NCBI GenBank assembly: GCA_963666515.2
Contig: OY762897.2
Coordinates: 2,080,001-2,144,000, forward strand
DNA from: Candidatus Binatia bacterium
Lineage (GTDB): Bacteria; Desulfobacterota; Binatia; UBA9968; JAJDTQ01
Reading direction: 5' to 3'
DNA: 64,000 nucleotides
Each line of letters opens with the position of its first letter. Within the stretch, counting starts at the first letter, position 1. Made by a program: the position numbers and the translations under genes. Below are positions 1 through 10,553 of this stretch, piece after piece. The notes beneath the pieces were generated by a model, which ran no database searches, had not been told where the DNA came from, and was given only the letters and a program-made list of their open reading frames with translations.

Positions 1-7
1 CGGACTG

Positions 8-958
8 ATGGGCTACTGGCAGCGCCAGCGCGAGCAGCACAACGTCGAGCCCAGGCTCTGGCGCTGGGACGACGTCCATCCCGCGCTGATGCAGGCCGCC
101 GATGTGATCAGCATCGGCGCCGAGGCCTTCCGCCGAAACGTCGGCCTGGAGACCGAGAGCCGCACCATCGTCATGGGCTACCAGATCGTCATGCCCGGCG
201 AGGCCGCTCCGGCCCACCGGCACACCAACACGGCGCTCCGGTTCGTGGTCCAGGGCGGCGGCGCCTACACCACCTCCAACGGCGAGCCCATGACCATGCA
301 GCCGGGCGACCTGCTGATCCAGCCCAACTGGGTGTGGCACGACCACGTGAACGACTCCAAGGAGCCCATCATCTGGATCGACGCCCTTGACGTCGGCATC
401 GTCAATTTCCTGGGCGCCTACCGCTTCCGTGAGGAGTGGTCGGAAGGAGTCCAGCAGCCTCTGACCCGCAAGGAAGGCGCATCGCGCCGGCTCTTCGGGC
501 CCATCCGGGAGCCGGAGATAAGCTACGAGGGGGCTGCCGGCGTGCCCTACCACTACAAGTGGGACGAAACCGTGGAGGCCTTGAACACGGTGGCGGACGC
601 CGGCGGCGGCGACCCCTACGACGGCGTGCTCCTGGAGTACAAGAACCCCGTCACCGGCGGGCACACGTTCCTGACCATGACCTGCCACATCCAGATGCTG
701 CTGCCCGGCCAGACCACGCGCGCGCACCGGCACACGGGCACCACCCACTACCACGCCGTCCAGGGCCAGGGCGTCACCGTCGTCGACCGCGACGAGCCCA
801 TCGAGCTCGAATGGGAGATCAACGACGCCTTCACCCTGCCCCCGTGGCGCTGGCACCACTTCCGTAACGCGTCGGAGACCGAGCCCGCGATCCTGTTCTC
901 GGTCACGGACCGGCCGATGCTGGAGATGACGGGACTGGACCGGGAAGAAAGAGAATAA
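8..958 (+). CDS. Gentisate 1,2-dioxygenase-like bicupin (true start may lie upstream of the window)
   Basis: Two cupin modules, AHRHT...WVWHDH and AHRHT...WRWHHF; YDGVLLEYKNPVTGG segment typical of the GDO family. Confidence 0.8.
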   Translation: MGYWQRQREQHNVEPRLWRWDDVHPALMQAADVISIGAEAFRRNVGLETESRTIVMGYQIVMPGEAAPAHRHTNTALRFVVQGGGAYTTSNGEPMTMQPGDLLIQPNWVWHDHVNDSKEPIIWIDALDVGIVNFLGAYRFREEWSEGVQQPLTRKEGASRRLFGPIREPEISYEGAAGVPYHYKWDETVEALNTVADAGGGDPYDGVLLEYKNPVTGGHTFLTMTCHIQMLLPGQTTRAHRHTGTTHYHAVQGQGVTVVDRDEPIELEWEINDAFTLPPWRWHHFRNASETEPAILFSVTDRPMLEMTGLDREERE

Positions 959-974
959 CCTCCGACCGCTGCGG

Positions 975-2003
975 CTATCCGCGCACGGCGCTTCGCTGAA
1001 GCTCGGAGGCGGCACCCATCATACCGGCCACCAGCTCGAAGGACCGGAGCCGCTTGGCGTGATCATGGATGTTCGCGGTGATCATGACCTCGTCGGCGCC
1101 GGTTCGCTCGACGAAGGCGGCGATCTCGCGTTCGACCGTATCGGGCGCGCCGACCGCCGAGCAGGACAGAGCCTCCTCGATCATCGCACGCTCGTGCGGA
1201 GCCACGTGATCTTCAAAATCGGCGACCGGCGGAGGCAGCTTACCCGGCATGCCGCCGCGGCGCCGGTTGACGAAGGACTGCAGGATCGAGGTTCTGAGGA
1301 AGTGGGCTTCCTCGTCGGTATCGGCGGCGACGACGGTCATGCCTACCATGACATAGGGCTTGTCGAGTTGCGCCGACGGCTCGAAACGTTGGCGGTACAC
1401 GGCGATGGCCTGCATCAGGGCCGCCGGCGCAAAGTGCGAGGCAAAGGCATAAGGGAGCCCAAGGGCGGCGGCGAGCTGGGCGCCGTAGAGGCTGGAGCCC
1501 AGGATCCAGATCGGCACGTTCAGGCCGGCGCCCGGCACGGCGCGCACGAACTGGTTTGGCGCCGGGTCCTTGAAATAGTGTTGCAGCTCCAGCACGTCTT
1601 GCGGGAAGTCATGGATGTTGCCGGCCAGGGTGCGGCGCAGGGCACGCTCGGTGTACCGGTCGGTGCCGGGCGCGCGACCCACGCCGAGATCGATCCGGCC
1701 CGAGAACAGGGCCGCGAGGGTGCCGAACTGCTCGGCGATGACGAGCGGTGCATGGTTGGCCAGCATGACGCCGCCGGCGCCGACCCGGATGGTTGTTGTT
1801 GCCTCGGCGACCTGGCCGATCACCACCGCGGTGGCCGCACTGGCGATACCCGCCATGTTGTGATGCTCGGCCAGCCAGTAGCGCGTGTAGCCCCACGCGT
1901 CGGCATGGCGCGCCAGGTCGATGGTATTGAGCAACGCCTGGCGAGCATCGCCGCCCTCGACAATCGGCGACAGGTCAAGAACGGAGAGCGGTGTGCCGAT
2001 CAT
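975..2003 (-). CDS. Luciferase-like (LLM) flavin-dependent oxidoreductase, YhbW-like
   Basis: [54 protein letters not shown] motifs. Confidence 0.92.
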   Translation of the reverse strand: MIGTPLSVLDLSPIVEGGDARQALLNTIDLARHADAWGYTRYWLAEHHNMAGIASAATAVVIGQVAEATTTIRVGAGGVMLANHAPLVIAEQFGTLAALFSGRIDLGVGRAPGTDRYTERALRRTLAGNIHDFPQDVLELQHYFKDPAPNQFVRAVPGAGLNVPIWILGSSLYGAQLAAALGLPYAFASHFAPAALMQAIAVYRQRFEPSAQLDKPYVMVGMTVVAADTDEEAHFLRTSILQSFVNRRRGGMPGKLPPPVADFEDHVAPHERAMIEEALSCSAVGAPDTVEREIAAFVERTGADEVMITANIHDHAKRLRSFELVAGMMGAASELQRSAVRG

Positions 2004-2052
2004 CAGAACACTATAGGCGATCGTCGCGGAAGGACCAACATACCGGCCCGAC

Positions 2053-3798
2053 TTACTGGGCGATGGACTGCCCGATGACCTTTCTGCCGGCGACCACGAA
2101 GATCAGGTTGAAGGTGATCAGCACCACCAGCATGGCCGCGGACTCGTTGAAGTGGCCGCCGATGAAGGCCTCGTAGACGATGTTCGCCACCAGCACGCTG
2201 CCGGCGGAGGCCAGCAGCAGCGCCACGGAGAAGTCCTTGGCGGCGTGCACCAGCACCCAGAGCCATCCGCTGAGGAACGCGGGGATCAGGAGCCGCAACG
2301 TGATCCGGACGAAGGTCTGCAGGTTGTTGGCCCCGCTGGCCTGCGACGCCTCCTCCAGCTCATGGTGGAGCTGCAGCATGGCGGAGTGCATGAGCCGGGT
2401 GCCGAAGGCCAAATAGCGGGCCACGAACGCCAAGGTCAGGAGGATCAGCGTGCCGTAGAGCGGCGTGCCCACGAACATGAGGAAGAGCGCCAGGGTCGAG
2501 ATGACGCCCGGGATGGCCAGGGGCATGAACGCCACCACGTTGATGAGGTCGGTCAGCCTGGAGGGACGCCGTACCACCAGCCAGCCGATGAAGCTTACCA
2601 GCAGCATGGTCAGGGTCGCGGCCTCCACCGCCACGATCAGGGTGTTGACGAAGTAGCTGCCGAAGAAGCGGTAATCCAGGAGCCGCGTGTAGTGGAGCAG
2701 CGTCCAGCGCATGTCCGCAGCGAACTCCAGCACCGGCGGCACGTAGAAGCGCAGGAAGCTCGCGTACAGCAGAATCGCAAACGGCAACACCACCTTCATC
2801 AGGATAAAGAGCATCACGGCGCCCAGGGCCACGTACCTCCACCGCCCCAGCGAGATGAGACGGGGGCGGTAGCCCTTGCCCGTGATCACGGCGAACTGGG
2901 AGGTCTGGCGCACCAAGCGGATGTAGATGAGGCTTCCCAGCACCCCCATGGCCAGCCCCAGCATGCCGAAGGCCGCCGGGATGCCGTAGTTCACTCCCAG
3001 GTCCGCTGAGGGCAGCAGGCTGAAGAATATCTTGGTGGACAGAAGCTCGATGCCCGCGGTAGGCCCCAGAGCCAGCGGCAGCTCCAGCGACTCCAGGCCG
3101 GTGACGAAGAAATAGATGCCCACCGCGGCCACGCCCGGGCGCATGAGCGGCGCGGTCACGGTGCGGAGCACCTGCCAGCGCGAGGCGCCGGATGCCAGCG
3201 CGGCCTCCTCCAGGGCCGGGTCCATCTGCCGCAGCACCGCGGTAAGGAAGAGCCACATGGTCGGTATGATGCCGAGCACGTGGACGAAGACGAGCCCGGT
3301 CATGCTGAAGATGTTGAACGGCCCCTCGCCCGACTCGATGCCGAAGAGCATGCGCAGATACACGTTGACGGTGCCGCCCCGTGGTCCCAGCAGCAGCACC
3401 CAGCCCAGCGCGGTGGCGAACACCGGCGTGCTCATGGGAACGAACATGAGCACGTACATGGAGTTGCGCAAAGGCATGTCCGTGCGCTCGGTGAGGAAGG
3501 CGAATCCGAACGCGATGGGCAGCGCGAACAGCACGCCCAGCCCGGAGTACAGCAGCGTGTCGCGGATGATGGGCCTGAAGTCCGCGCCGGTGAAGGCCTC
3601 GATGTAGGGAGAGACGGTGAAGGGGCCGGGCTCCAGCGGCAGCAGCCCTTCGGGACGGAAGCTCGCGAGCACCATGAAGAACAGCGGCACGATGACCAGC
3701 ACCACCAGCACCGCGAGCACGGACAGGGCGCCGGGCTGCCGGAACTGCCACAGCCGGGACAGGGCCGGCTGCGAATGCGCGCCTGGGGGGCTTCCCAT
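2053..3798 (-). CDS. ABC transporter permease, FbpB-like (two fused TM domains)
   Basis: Two EAA loops ([13 protein letters not shown]; [11 protein letters not shown]), ERTDMP and TGKGYRP motifs, many hydrophobic helices. Confidence 0.9.
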   Translation of the reverse strand: MGSPPGAHSQPALSRLWQFRQPGALSVLAVLVVLVIVPLFFMVLASFRPEGLLPLEPGPFTVSPYIEAFTGADFRPIIRDTLLYSGLGVLFALPIAFGFAFLTERTDMPLRNSMYVLMFVPMSTPVFATALGWVLLLGPRGGTVNVYLRMLFGIESGEGPFNIFSMTGLVFVHVLGIIPTMWLFLTAVLRQMDPALEEAALASGASRWQVLRTVTAPLMRPGVAAVGIYFFVTGLESLELPLALGPTAGIELLSTKIFFSLLPSADLGVNYGIPAAFGMLGLAMGVLGSLIYIRLVRQTSQFAVITGKGYRPRLISLGRWRYVALGAVMLFILMKVVLPFAILLYASFLRFYVPPVLEFAADMRWTLLHYTRLLDYRFFGSYFVNTLIVAVEAATLTMLLVSFIGWLVVRRPSRLTDLINVVAFMPLAIPGVISTLALFLMFVGTPLYGTLILLTLAFVARYLAFGTRLMHSAMLQLHHELEEASQASGANNLQTFVRITLRLLIPAFLSGWLWVLVHAAKDFSVALLLASAGSVLVANIVYEAFIGGHFNESAAMLVVLITFNLIFVVAGRKVIGQSIAQ

Positions 3799-3914
3799 GG
3801 CTGCTACACGGGGCGGGCGTGGGCCGTTGAAGAGGGACGGCTCGCGACGGGCGTTACACCCCCGGCGTCACACCCGTCAGAGCCACAGCCGCCAGCCTTC
3901 GGAGCCCTGACGCC

Positions 3915-5051
3915 CTATTCCGCGATCTTCTTCTTGCTTGCGATCCCGGCCTTCAGAGCGTTGATGGCGGTCTTGCGGTACTTGCCCGCGAGCTTCGCCT
4001 GCTCTTCCGTCTTGGGGCCGGCCACCTGAGCCGCGGACTTGATGCCGTGCTGTTGCGCCAGCTTCACCAGCGGCAGACGGTCGGCCTCCTCCTCGTACAT
4101 GCGGAACACCCCGCCGCCCGTGATGGCGGCCTCGGTGTAGTTGCCGTCGAAGTGGTTCCAGCCCCAGTAGAGCGCCGCCATGTTGGGGTCGTTGACGCCG
4201 GGCTGGATCAGGCAGGAGACCGTGAGGTTGCCGAGCACCATGCCCGCGAAGGTCATGTCCAGCGGCGCTCCCAGGGTCTTCTGCTGGACGATCTGCACCA
4301 TGGAAGCCACCGCGATGTCGCCCTCACCCTGTATGAGCGCCTGCAACACGCCCGAGGTGCCGCCGGAGACCAGCCTGACGCCGTTGGCGCCCAGGTTGTG
4401 CGCGTACACCCGCAGCTTGTCCTCGCTCCAACCGGGGGCGAACGGCAGCACGTACAGCCCCAAGGCGCGCACGTCCCAGACCACCCGGTTGCGCCACTTC
4501 TCGTCGGTCAGGTCCTCGAAGCGGATGCCCTTCAACTCTTCAGGCTTCACCCTGCGGGTGTTGTACACGATGGTCCAGGTCCCCATCTGGTGGTGCAGAC
4601 AGTGGTCCTGCAGCGATGCGCCTCCGGCGCTCTTGATGGGCGGCACCGTGGCGCGGAGCTTGCGCGCCAGGGGCCAACCCTCGTAGATGGCGTCCCACGG
4701 CGGCTGCCGCGTGTGGCCGGCCTTGAACATCCGCAGCACCAGCGGCAGCCCGCCGTCCCACATGTCCACCACGCCGCGGCCGGTCTTGGCCGCCTGCATG
4801 ATCTTCACCGGGGCCTTGCGATGATGTCCGGGCTCCGATTCCAGGCGCAGGTTGAAGCCGAAACGCTTCTCGAAGGCATTCTCCTTGGCCCGGATGATCT
4901 CCGGCGGCACCCCCTCCAGAGTCATGGTGATGGTGCCACTCGATGCCTTGGCCTTGGCCGCCAGGTCATCGAGGGGACCCGCGCCGGCCGTGCCCCACAA
5001 TGCCCAGAGGAGAAGAAAGACGGATGCTGCGACAGCAAGAATTGAACGCAT
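3915..5051 (-). CDS. ABC transporter substrate-binding protein (FbpA/SBP_bac_6-like)
   Basis: Signal peptide; IVYNTRRVKP...FEDLTDEKWR; directly upstream of the permease. Confidence 0.8.
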   Translation of the reverse strand: MRSILAVAASVFLLLWALWGTAGAGPLDDLAAKAKASSGTITMTLEGVPPEIIRAKENAFEKRFGFNLRLESEPGHHRKAPVKIMQAAKTGRGVVDMWDGGLPLVLRMFKAGHTRQPPWDAIYEGWPLARKLRATVPPIKSAGGASLQDHCLHHQMGTWTIVYNTRRVKPEELKGIRFEDLTDEKWRNRVVWDVRALGLYVLPFAPGWSEDKLRVYAHNLGANGVRLVSGGTSGVLQALIQGEGDIAVASMVQIVQQKTLGAPLDMTFAGMVLGNLTVSCLIQPGVNDPNMAALYWGWNHFDGNYTEAAITGGGVFRMYEEEADRLPLVKLAQQHGIKSAAQVAGPKTEEQAKLAGKYRKTAINALKAGIASKKKIAE

Positions 5052-5114
5052 GGGATTGCCCTCCTGTTGCCGAGGCTCAGTGCTCGGCGTTCGATGCGAA
5101 GAACACCGTATACA

Positions 5115-6329
5115 CTATGCTCCGGTCCCCGTGCCCGCCAATGTAGCGCCAGGCTCGCGCTCCAGGTCGATGGCCGCATCGAGATGGAAAAACTCAATCG
5201 CGTTGCCCGCCAGCATGGCGTAGCGCTCCTCTTCGGCCACGTCGACGAAGGTCTCGTTGATGACATCCTGGGAGTGCGGCCAGTTGCCGGTGGCGTGAGC
5301 GAAGTCGCTGCCCCACAGCAGGATGTTCACGCCGATCTCTCGGCGGCACTTGACGCCCCAGGGGTCGCGCATGAAGCCCCACAGGCAGTTGTCCCGCAGG
5401 TACTCGCTGGGGCGCCGGGCGCTGGCCTTGATGCCGTAGTCGCGCTCGCCCCAGTAGCGGTTGCGCTCGTAGTTGTCGTCGATCTGGTCATAGCTGTACG
5501 GCAGCCAGCCGCACTGGCTCTCCGCCCAGTAGACCCGCAGGTCCGGCAGGCGGTCGAAGACCCCGGCCATGGCCATCTGCAGCGGCGCGATGGGCTGCTC
5601 GCCGGCGAAGCGGAACAGCAGCGTCACCGGGTCGCGCTCGGACTTGGGGCCGCCGCCGTCGGGGTAGATGAAGACCGGCCCCTTGTTGCCCAGCCGGGTG
5701 GTGCCGCCGAAGGTGTGCGAAGCGATGGGCATCTTGAGGTCCACGGCCGCCTCCCAGAAGCGGTCGTCTTCGAGGGTGACATAGGATTGGCCGCCAGGAA
5801 AGCGGTGGAGATTGACGCCCTTGAGACCGGCCTTGGCGCAGTACTCCATCTCCGCCACGGCGTCGTCCACGCCCGTGTCGGGAAGGACGCCCATGGCGAT
5901 GAGGCGGTTGGGGCTGTAGGCGCAGTACTCCTCGGCCAGCCACTCGTTGTAGGCGCGGATTACGGCCAGGTACGCTTCGTCGTCGGAGATGCCGCGCCAG
6001 AACATGGGATAGGAGCCGTGGGTGAAGAGCACCTCTGCGTCGACCCCGTCCTGGTCCTGTTCCCACAGCCGCTGCTCCGGCGCGCCCGTGCCCGGCCCCT
6101 CGAACCAGTATTTCTGCAGGCCGTGCTGCTCGTAGGGGATGCCGGTGATGGTGGTGGCGCCCGGGCTCCGGGGCGGGCGGTTCTCGACGATGATGCCCTC
6201 GTCGCCGTTGGCCAGCGTCACCGTTCTCGGCGCGCGCTCGCGCCAGCGCTCCGGCACCCGATCGCGCCAACGTTCCGGCCGGATGTCCAGGTGGGAATCG
6301 GCCGAGATGCATCGGTAATGTCGTGCCAT
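5115..6329 (-). CDS. Amidohydrolase family 2 protein
   Basis: ISADSHL, QDGVDAEVLF, AYNEWLAEEYC, LWGSDFAH. Confidence 0.9.
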   Translation of the reverse strand: MARHYRCISADSHLDIRPERWRDRVPERWRERAPRTVTLANGDEGIIVENRPPRSPGATTITGIPYEQHGLQKYWFEGPGTGAPEQRLWEQDQDGVDAEVLFTHGSYPMFWRGISDDEAYLAVIRAYNEWLAEEYCAYSPNRLIAMGVLPDTGVDDAVAEMEYCAKAGLKGVNLHRFPGGQSYVTLEDDRFWEAAVDLKMPIASHTFGGTTRLGNKGPVFIYPDGGGPKSERDPVTLLFRFAGEQPIAPLQMAMAGVFDRLPDLRVYWAESQCGWLPYSYDQIDDNYERNRYWGERDYGIKASARRPSEYLRDNCLWGFMRDPWGVKCRREIGVNILLWGSDFAHATGNWPHSQDVINETFVDVAEEERYAMLAGNAIEFFHLDAAIDLEREPGATLAGTGTGA

Positions 6330-6519
6330 GGTTACCGTCCTTCCTCGAAGAAACCGTTGAACGTGCCCTCAATTTTCTTCGCGGTAGAGCCCGATACTCT
6401 CAAGGAGCGAGCGGCCGTGTCAAGAACGGCCGGCATCGTGGCAGACTGCCTCGGTCCGCTCCACCTCCGGGCCGGTCAGGGCTGCGAATTCACTCTTCCC
6501 GGCAGCCGCGGATCGGCTC

Positions 6520-8340
6520 CTAGCGCTGTTCCCGTATCCGGGCTCGAAGCTCTTCGGTGGCGGCAACGTCGACCCGTGGTTCCGGTTGCTCCAGGGCGAC
6601 GCCGTAGATTTCCCGGGCGGCCTCCACCGAGACGATGCCGTTGACCACGTCCCGCAGCACCGCCTCGGGGTCACGGTCCAGGGGATCGCCGTAACCGCCG
6701 CCGCTGGCCATGCGCATGTACAGCACGTCATCGGTGCGCAGGTCGAAGTCGCAGTACGGCAGCATTTCCGAGGTGCCCCCCATGGCTTCCACGTCCACCG
6801 GTTGGCGGTTTTCTCCGACCGTATCCCAGACGTGGGTGCCCTCTTTCAGCACCAGCAGGCTGGGCGCGGCGGACAGGCCGCCGAAGACTCCCTGCCCGGA
6901 GTTCCGCAAACCCGCCACTCCCAGCGCCACGCCCTTGATGCCGCCTTCCGGCGCCTCGTGCACGGTGAGCGCGGTCTCCGCCCCCGCGCCCCCGCGATAC
7001 CGCCCGGCCCCGGCTCCGTCCGTCAGGTGGCGCCGGAACAGGTAAAGGATAGGGAAGTTCTGCTCCACCCATTCGACGTTCTGGCAGGAGTGCCAGCCAC
7101 GCCCGCCGGAGTCCACCCCGTCCTTGCCGGCGCGGGCGCCGTATCCGTCGATGGCTCCTTCGGAGAGGCTCGACACGTAGTAGCGGCCGTACTGGTTGAC
7201 GCCGGCGTGGCGCGCGAAGCGGTGGCCCGCGTTGGACGCCATCACCTCGTGCCGCCAACTCTCGCTGGTGGCGAGCATCTGCATCAGCACCGCCGGGGCC
7301 AGGTAGCGGCACGTTGCCGCCCCCGAGGTGGTGTTCAGGGACACCGGAGCCGGGTATTGGGCGTTGACCACCGTGCCCGGCGGGGCCACGATCTCGATGG
7401 GGCCGAAAGCGCCGTGGTTCCGGGGTATGTCGAATCCGAGGGTCTCCACGACCGCGGCGAAGCAGGTCCCGAAGGTGGCGTGGTACGGCATGTTGATGCC
7501 GGTCGTGGCCTGGGGATCGCTGCCGGTGAAGTCGAAGATCAGGCGGTCGTCGCGCTTGCGCAGGGTGAGGTGCATCTTCCAAGCCTCGTCGCCCTGAATG
7601 AGCGCCATGTCGCTCCAGGCGCCGTCCGCGAACTCGGCGATCCGCTGCCGCAGCACCGACTCCGTGTAGCGGATGATCTCCGCCGACACCTGCTCCAGGA
7701 GCTCCGGGCCGTACTGACGGGCGATTTCCTGTATCCTGGCCTTGGCGATGTTGTTGGCGGCGATCTCGCACTTGAGGTCGAGCCCCACCATGACGGGCTG
7801 CCGCGTCATGTTCAGGATGGTGTCGAAGACGTCCCGCCGGAGCTGGCCGCGCTCCACCAGCTTGAGACCCGGCACGCGGACGCCCTCGTGACAGATATCC
7901 GTGGCCCCGGGCGAGTTGCCTCCCGGCGACATGGCGCCGATGTCCATGACATGGACGAAGGTGGCGCTCCAGGCGATGCGGCGGCCCTCGTGGTGAATCG
8001 GAGCGATGACGTAGACGTCGGACTGGTGGATGGCCGCCACGTACGGGTCGTTCAACAGGAAGACGTCGTCGGGGTCAATGCCCTCGCCGTCCTCGAACCG
8101 CTCGATGATCTTCTTGACCGCGAAGCCGGCGCAGGCCACGTGCTGGCCCAGGGACTGGCCCGCGGACAGCACGTCTCCGTCCGCGGTGTAGAGCGACGCC
8201 ATGTAGTCGTGCTGCTGGGTGGTGTTCACCGTGCCGCCGACCCGCTCGAGGGTAATCCCCATCTCCCGGGCGATCTGGTAGAGGCGGTGCGACAGGATCT
8301 CCAGGGTGATGGGATCGACGGCGGTGCCGGACACGGTCAT
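6520..8340 (-). CDS. Hydantoinase B/oxoprolinase subunit (copy 2)
   Basis: DPITLEI, LNDPY..IHQSD, HVMDIG, FDFTGSD, GGGYGDPLDR. Confidence 0.93.
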   Translation of the reverse strand: MTVSGTAVDPITLEILSHRLYQIAREMGITLERVGGTVNTTQQHDYMASLYTADGDVLSAGQSLGQHVACAGFAVKKIIERFEDGEGIDPDDVFLLNDPYVAAIHQSDVYVIAPIHHEGRRIAWSATFVHVMDIGAMSPGGNSPGATDICHEGVRVPGLKLVERGQLRRDVFDTILNMTRQPVMVGLDLKCEIAANNIAKARIQEIARQYGPELLEQVSAEIIRYTESVLRQRIAEFADGAWSDMALIQGDEAWKMHLTLRKRDDRLIFDFTGSDPQATTGINMPYHATFGTCFAAVVETLGFDIPRNHGAFGPIEIVAPPGTVVNAQYPAPVSLNTTSGAATCRYLAPAVLMQMLATSESWRHEVMASNAGHRFARHAGVNQYGRYYVSSLSEGAIDGYGARAGKDGVDSGGRGWHSCQNVEWVEQNFPILYLFRRHLTDGAGAGRYRGGAGAETALTVHEAPEGGIKGVALGVAGLRNSGQGVFGGLSAAPSLLVLKEGTHVWDTVGENRQPVDVEAMGGTSEMLPYCDFDLRTDDVLYMRMASGGGYGDPLDRDPEAVLRDVVNGIVSVEAAREIYGVALEQPEPRVDVAATEELRARIREQR

Positions 8341-8377
8341 GGTTTCCTCCTGACCGGCGTACAGAAACCGAAACTCC

Positions 8378-8403
8378 TGGATTCCGGCTTCCGCCGGAAT
8401 GAC
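8378..8403 (-). repeat. REP/dRS3-like intergenic palindrome
   Basis: TGGATTCCGGC-TTCC-GCCGGAATGAC; same family as 46080 and 50688. Confidence 0.85.
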
Positions 8404-8442
8404 GGATTCGGGATATCGGTGCTCATTTACTTACCGTAGCCA

Positions 8443-10539
8443 CTAGCCGATGTGGATCACGATGTTGCGGAACTCGTCCATCTCCGCGCGGTCGTTGGGG
8501 TTCACGACGATGGTGGTGACCGGAGTCTCGATGATGGCCGGGCCGGCGAGACTCGCGCCGGGAGACAGGCGGTCGAAGTCGTAGACGTCGGTGGCCACGA
8601 AGTCTCCGTGCTCCTCGAAGTGCGCCGCCCGTGTCCCCTTCCGGGCCTCCCGGGCATCGCCGGGCGCGGCCTCGCTCCTGTGGACCGCCGGCCGGGCCAG
8701 CTTGCCGATGGCCGTGACCCGCAGCGACAGCATCTCCCTGCCCGCCTCCGGATAGCCGGCCCCCTGCCCGAAGGACTGCTCGTAGAGGTCGTCGAAGCGG
8801 GCGTAGAGCCGCTCCAGATCGGCGTCCCCCAGCGGTCCCCGCCCCGGGATCGGGACGTTGATCTCGTTGACCTGGTAGCGGTAGCGCATGTCCACGCTCC
8901 GCAGCATCTCGGTATCGCGGTCCTGGAACCCGGCCCCGGCCAGATCCGCGGCGGCGCGGGTGCACAACGTCTCGAAGCCGGCGTTCAGGCGGACCGGGTC
9001 CAGCGGCGCCACCACGTGGTCGGACATGCCGTACTCGTAGGTCACGTCCGCGGAGATCAGCCCGGTGGCCGCGTGCACCGAGGCCGTCAGCGGAATGACC
9101 ACCTTGCGCATGCCGAGTTGAAGCGCGCAGCGCGAGGCGTGGGCGGGCGCGGAGCCGCCGATGGCCACCATGGTGAACTCCCGCGGGTCCTGCCCCCGCT
9201 CCACCGTGCAGCGGCGGATGAGATCGCTCATGTGTGCGTTGATGATCCGGAAGATCCCGCTGGCGGCCTCCGTCACGGTCATCCCCAGCGGCCCGGCGAT
9301 CCGCTCCTCGATGGCGGCCACGGCCGCGTCCTTCCTGAGCGCCAGGCGGCCGCCCAGGAAGTAGTCCGGGTTCAGATACCCCAGAGCCACGTCGGCGTCG
9401 CATACCGTCGGCTCGGTCCCGCCGACGCCGTAGGCCACCGGACCCGGAGCGGCGCCCGCGCCCTGCGGGCCGACCTTGAGCAGTCCCGACGCACGGTCGA
9501 TCCAGGCGATGCTGCCGCCGCCCGCGCCGATGGACGCCACCCAGATCTTGGGCGCCAGGATGCGGTAGCGCTCGAACACCGGCTGGTAGTCGCGCTCGAT
9601 GACTCCCTGCCGGACCAGGCTGACCTTGAAGGTGGTGCCGCCCATGTCCGCTGCCAGGACATTGGGCTCGCCGATCAGGTCGCCCACGAACTTGCTGCCA
9701 ACCACCCCGGCCGCGGGTCCGGATTCCAGGGCGCCGATGGCCCGTTGAGAGGCGGCTTCGATGCCGAGCATGCCGCCGTAGGCCTGCATGACCAGGGGGT
9801 CGCTCCCGAGCCCCCTGTCCACGAGGCCTTGCTGAAGGTTGCGAAGGTACGAAGCGATGCGCGGACCGATGTAGGCATTGAAGATGGTCGTGGCGGTGCG
9901 CTCGTACTCACCCAGGAACGGGGCGACGTCGCTGGAGCAGCTTACGTGGATGCCGGGATGCCTGCGGTGGATCACGTCGGCGACGGCCTTCTCGTGAACA
10001 TTGTTGGCGATGGACCACAGCAGGCACACGGCCACCGACTCGACGCCCTTGGCCGCAAGGCGCGCCGCCACCTCCTCGATCTGCCCGACATCGACGTCGA
10101 TCAACACCGATCCTCTGTAGTCGATGCGGCCCTGCACCTCCTCGGTCAGGCTTCGCGGCGCCAGCGGCTCGGGCTTCTCCAGGGCCGCCACGTGCGAGGC
10201 CTCGGCCTCCGTCAGGCCATGGGTGACATCGCCTCGCATCATCAGGAACGTGTCGGGAAAACCCCCGGTGACCACCAGCGCGGTCCGTGCCCCGGTGCGG
10301 GTGATGAGGGTGTTGTCGGCCACCGTGCACGCATGGAAGAAGAGGCGCGTCGAGCGCAGCAACTCTTCCACGCCCGCCAGCCCAAGATTGGCGGCGCCGT
10401 TCTCAAGGGAATCGACCACGCCCACGGCAAAGTCGTGGGGAGTCGACAGCGCCTTCCCGATGCTGAGCTTCCCGTTGCCGTCGAGAATGACGCAATCCGT
10501 GAAGGTGCCGCCGATATCGACGCCGATGACGTATTCCAT
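8443..10539 (-). CDS. Hydantoinase A/oxoprolinase subunit (copy 2)
   Basis: GVDIGGTFTD, ESGPAAG, DMGGTTF, GAGGGSIA, PTVCDA; start trimmed to MEYVIG by comparison with copy 1. Confidence 0.93.
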   Translation of the reverse strand: MEYVIGVDIGGTFTDCVILDGNGKLSIGKALSTPHDFAVGVVDSLENGAANLGLAGVEELLRSTRLFFHACTVADNTLITRTGARTALVVTGGFPDTFLMMRGDVTHGLTEAEASHVAALEKPEPLAPRSLTEEVQGRIDYRGSVLIDVDVGQIEEVAARLAAKGVESVAVCLLWSIANNVHEKAVADVIHRRHPGIHVSCSSDVAPFLGEYERTATTIFNAYIGPRIASYLRNLQQGLVDRGLGSDPLVMQAYGGMLGIEAASQRAIGALESGPAAGVVGSKFVGDLIGEPNVLAADMGGTTFKVSLVRQGVIERDYQPVFERYRILAPKIWVASIGAGGGSIAWIDRASGLLKVGPQGAGAAPGPVAYGVGGTEPTVCDADVALGYLNPDYFLGGRLALRKDAAVAAIEERIAGPLGMTVTEAASGIFRIINAHMSDLIRRCTVERGQDPREFTMVAIGGSAPAHASRCALQLGMRKVVIPLTASVHAATGLISADVTYEYGMSDHVVAPLDPVRLNAGFETLCTRAAADLAGAGFQDRDTEMLRSVDMRYRYQVNEINVPIPGRGPLGDADLERLYARFDDLYEQSFGQGAGYPEAGREMLSLRVTAIGKLARPAVHRSEAAPGDAREARKGTRAAHFEEHGDFVATDVYDFDRLSPGASLAGPAIIETPVTTIVVNPNDRAEMDEFRNIVIHIG

Positions 10540-10553
10540 GTTCGCTCGCCCCG

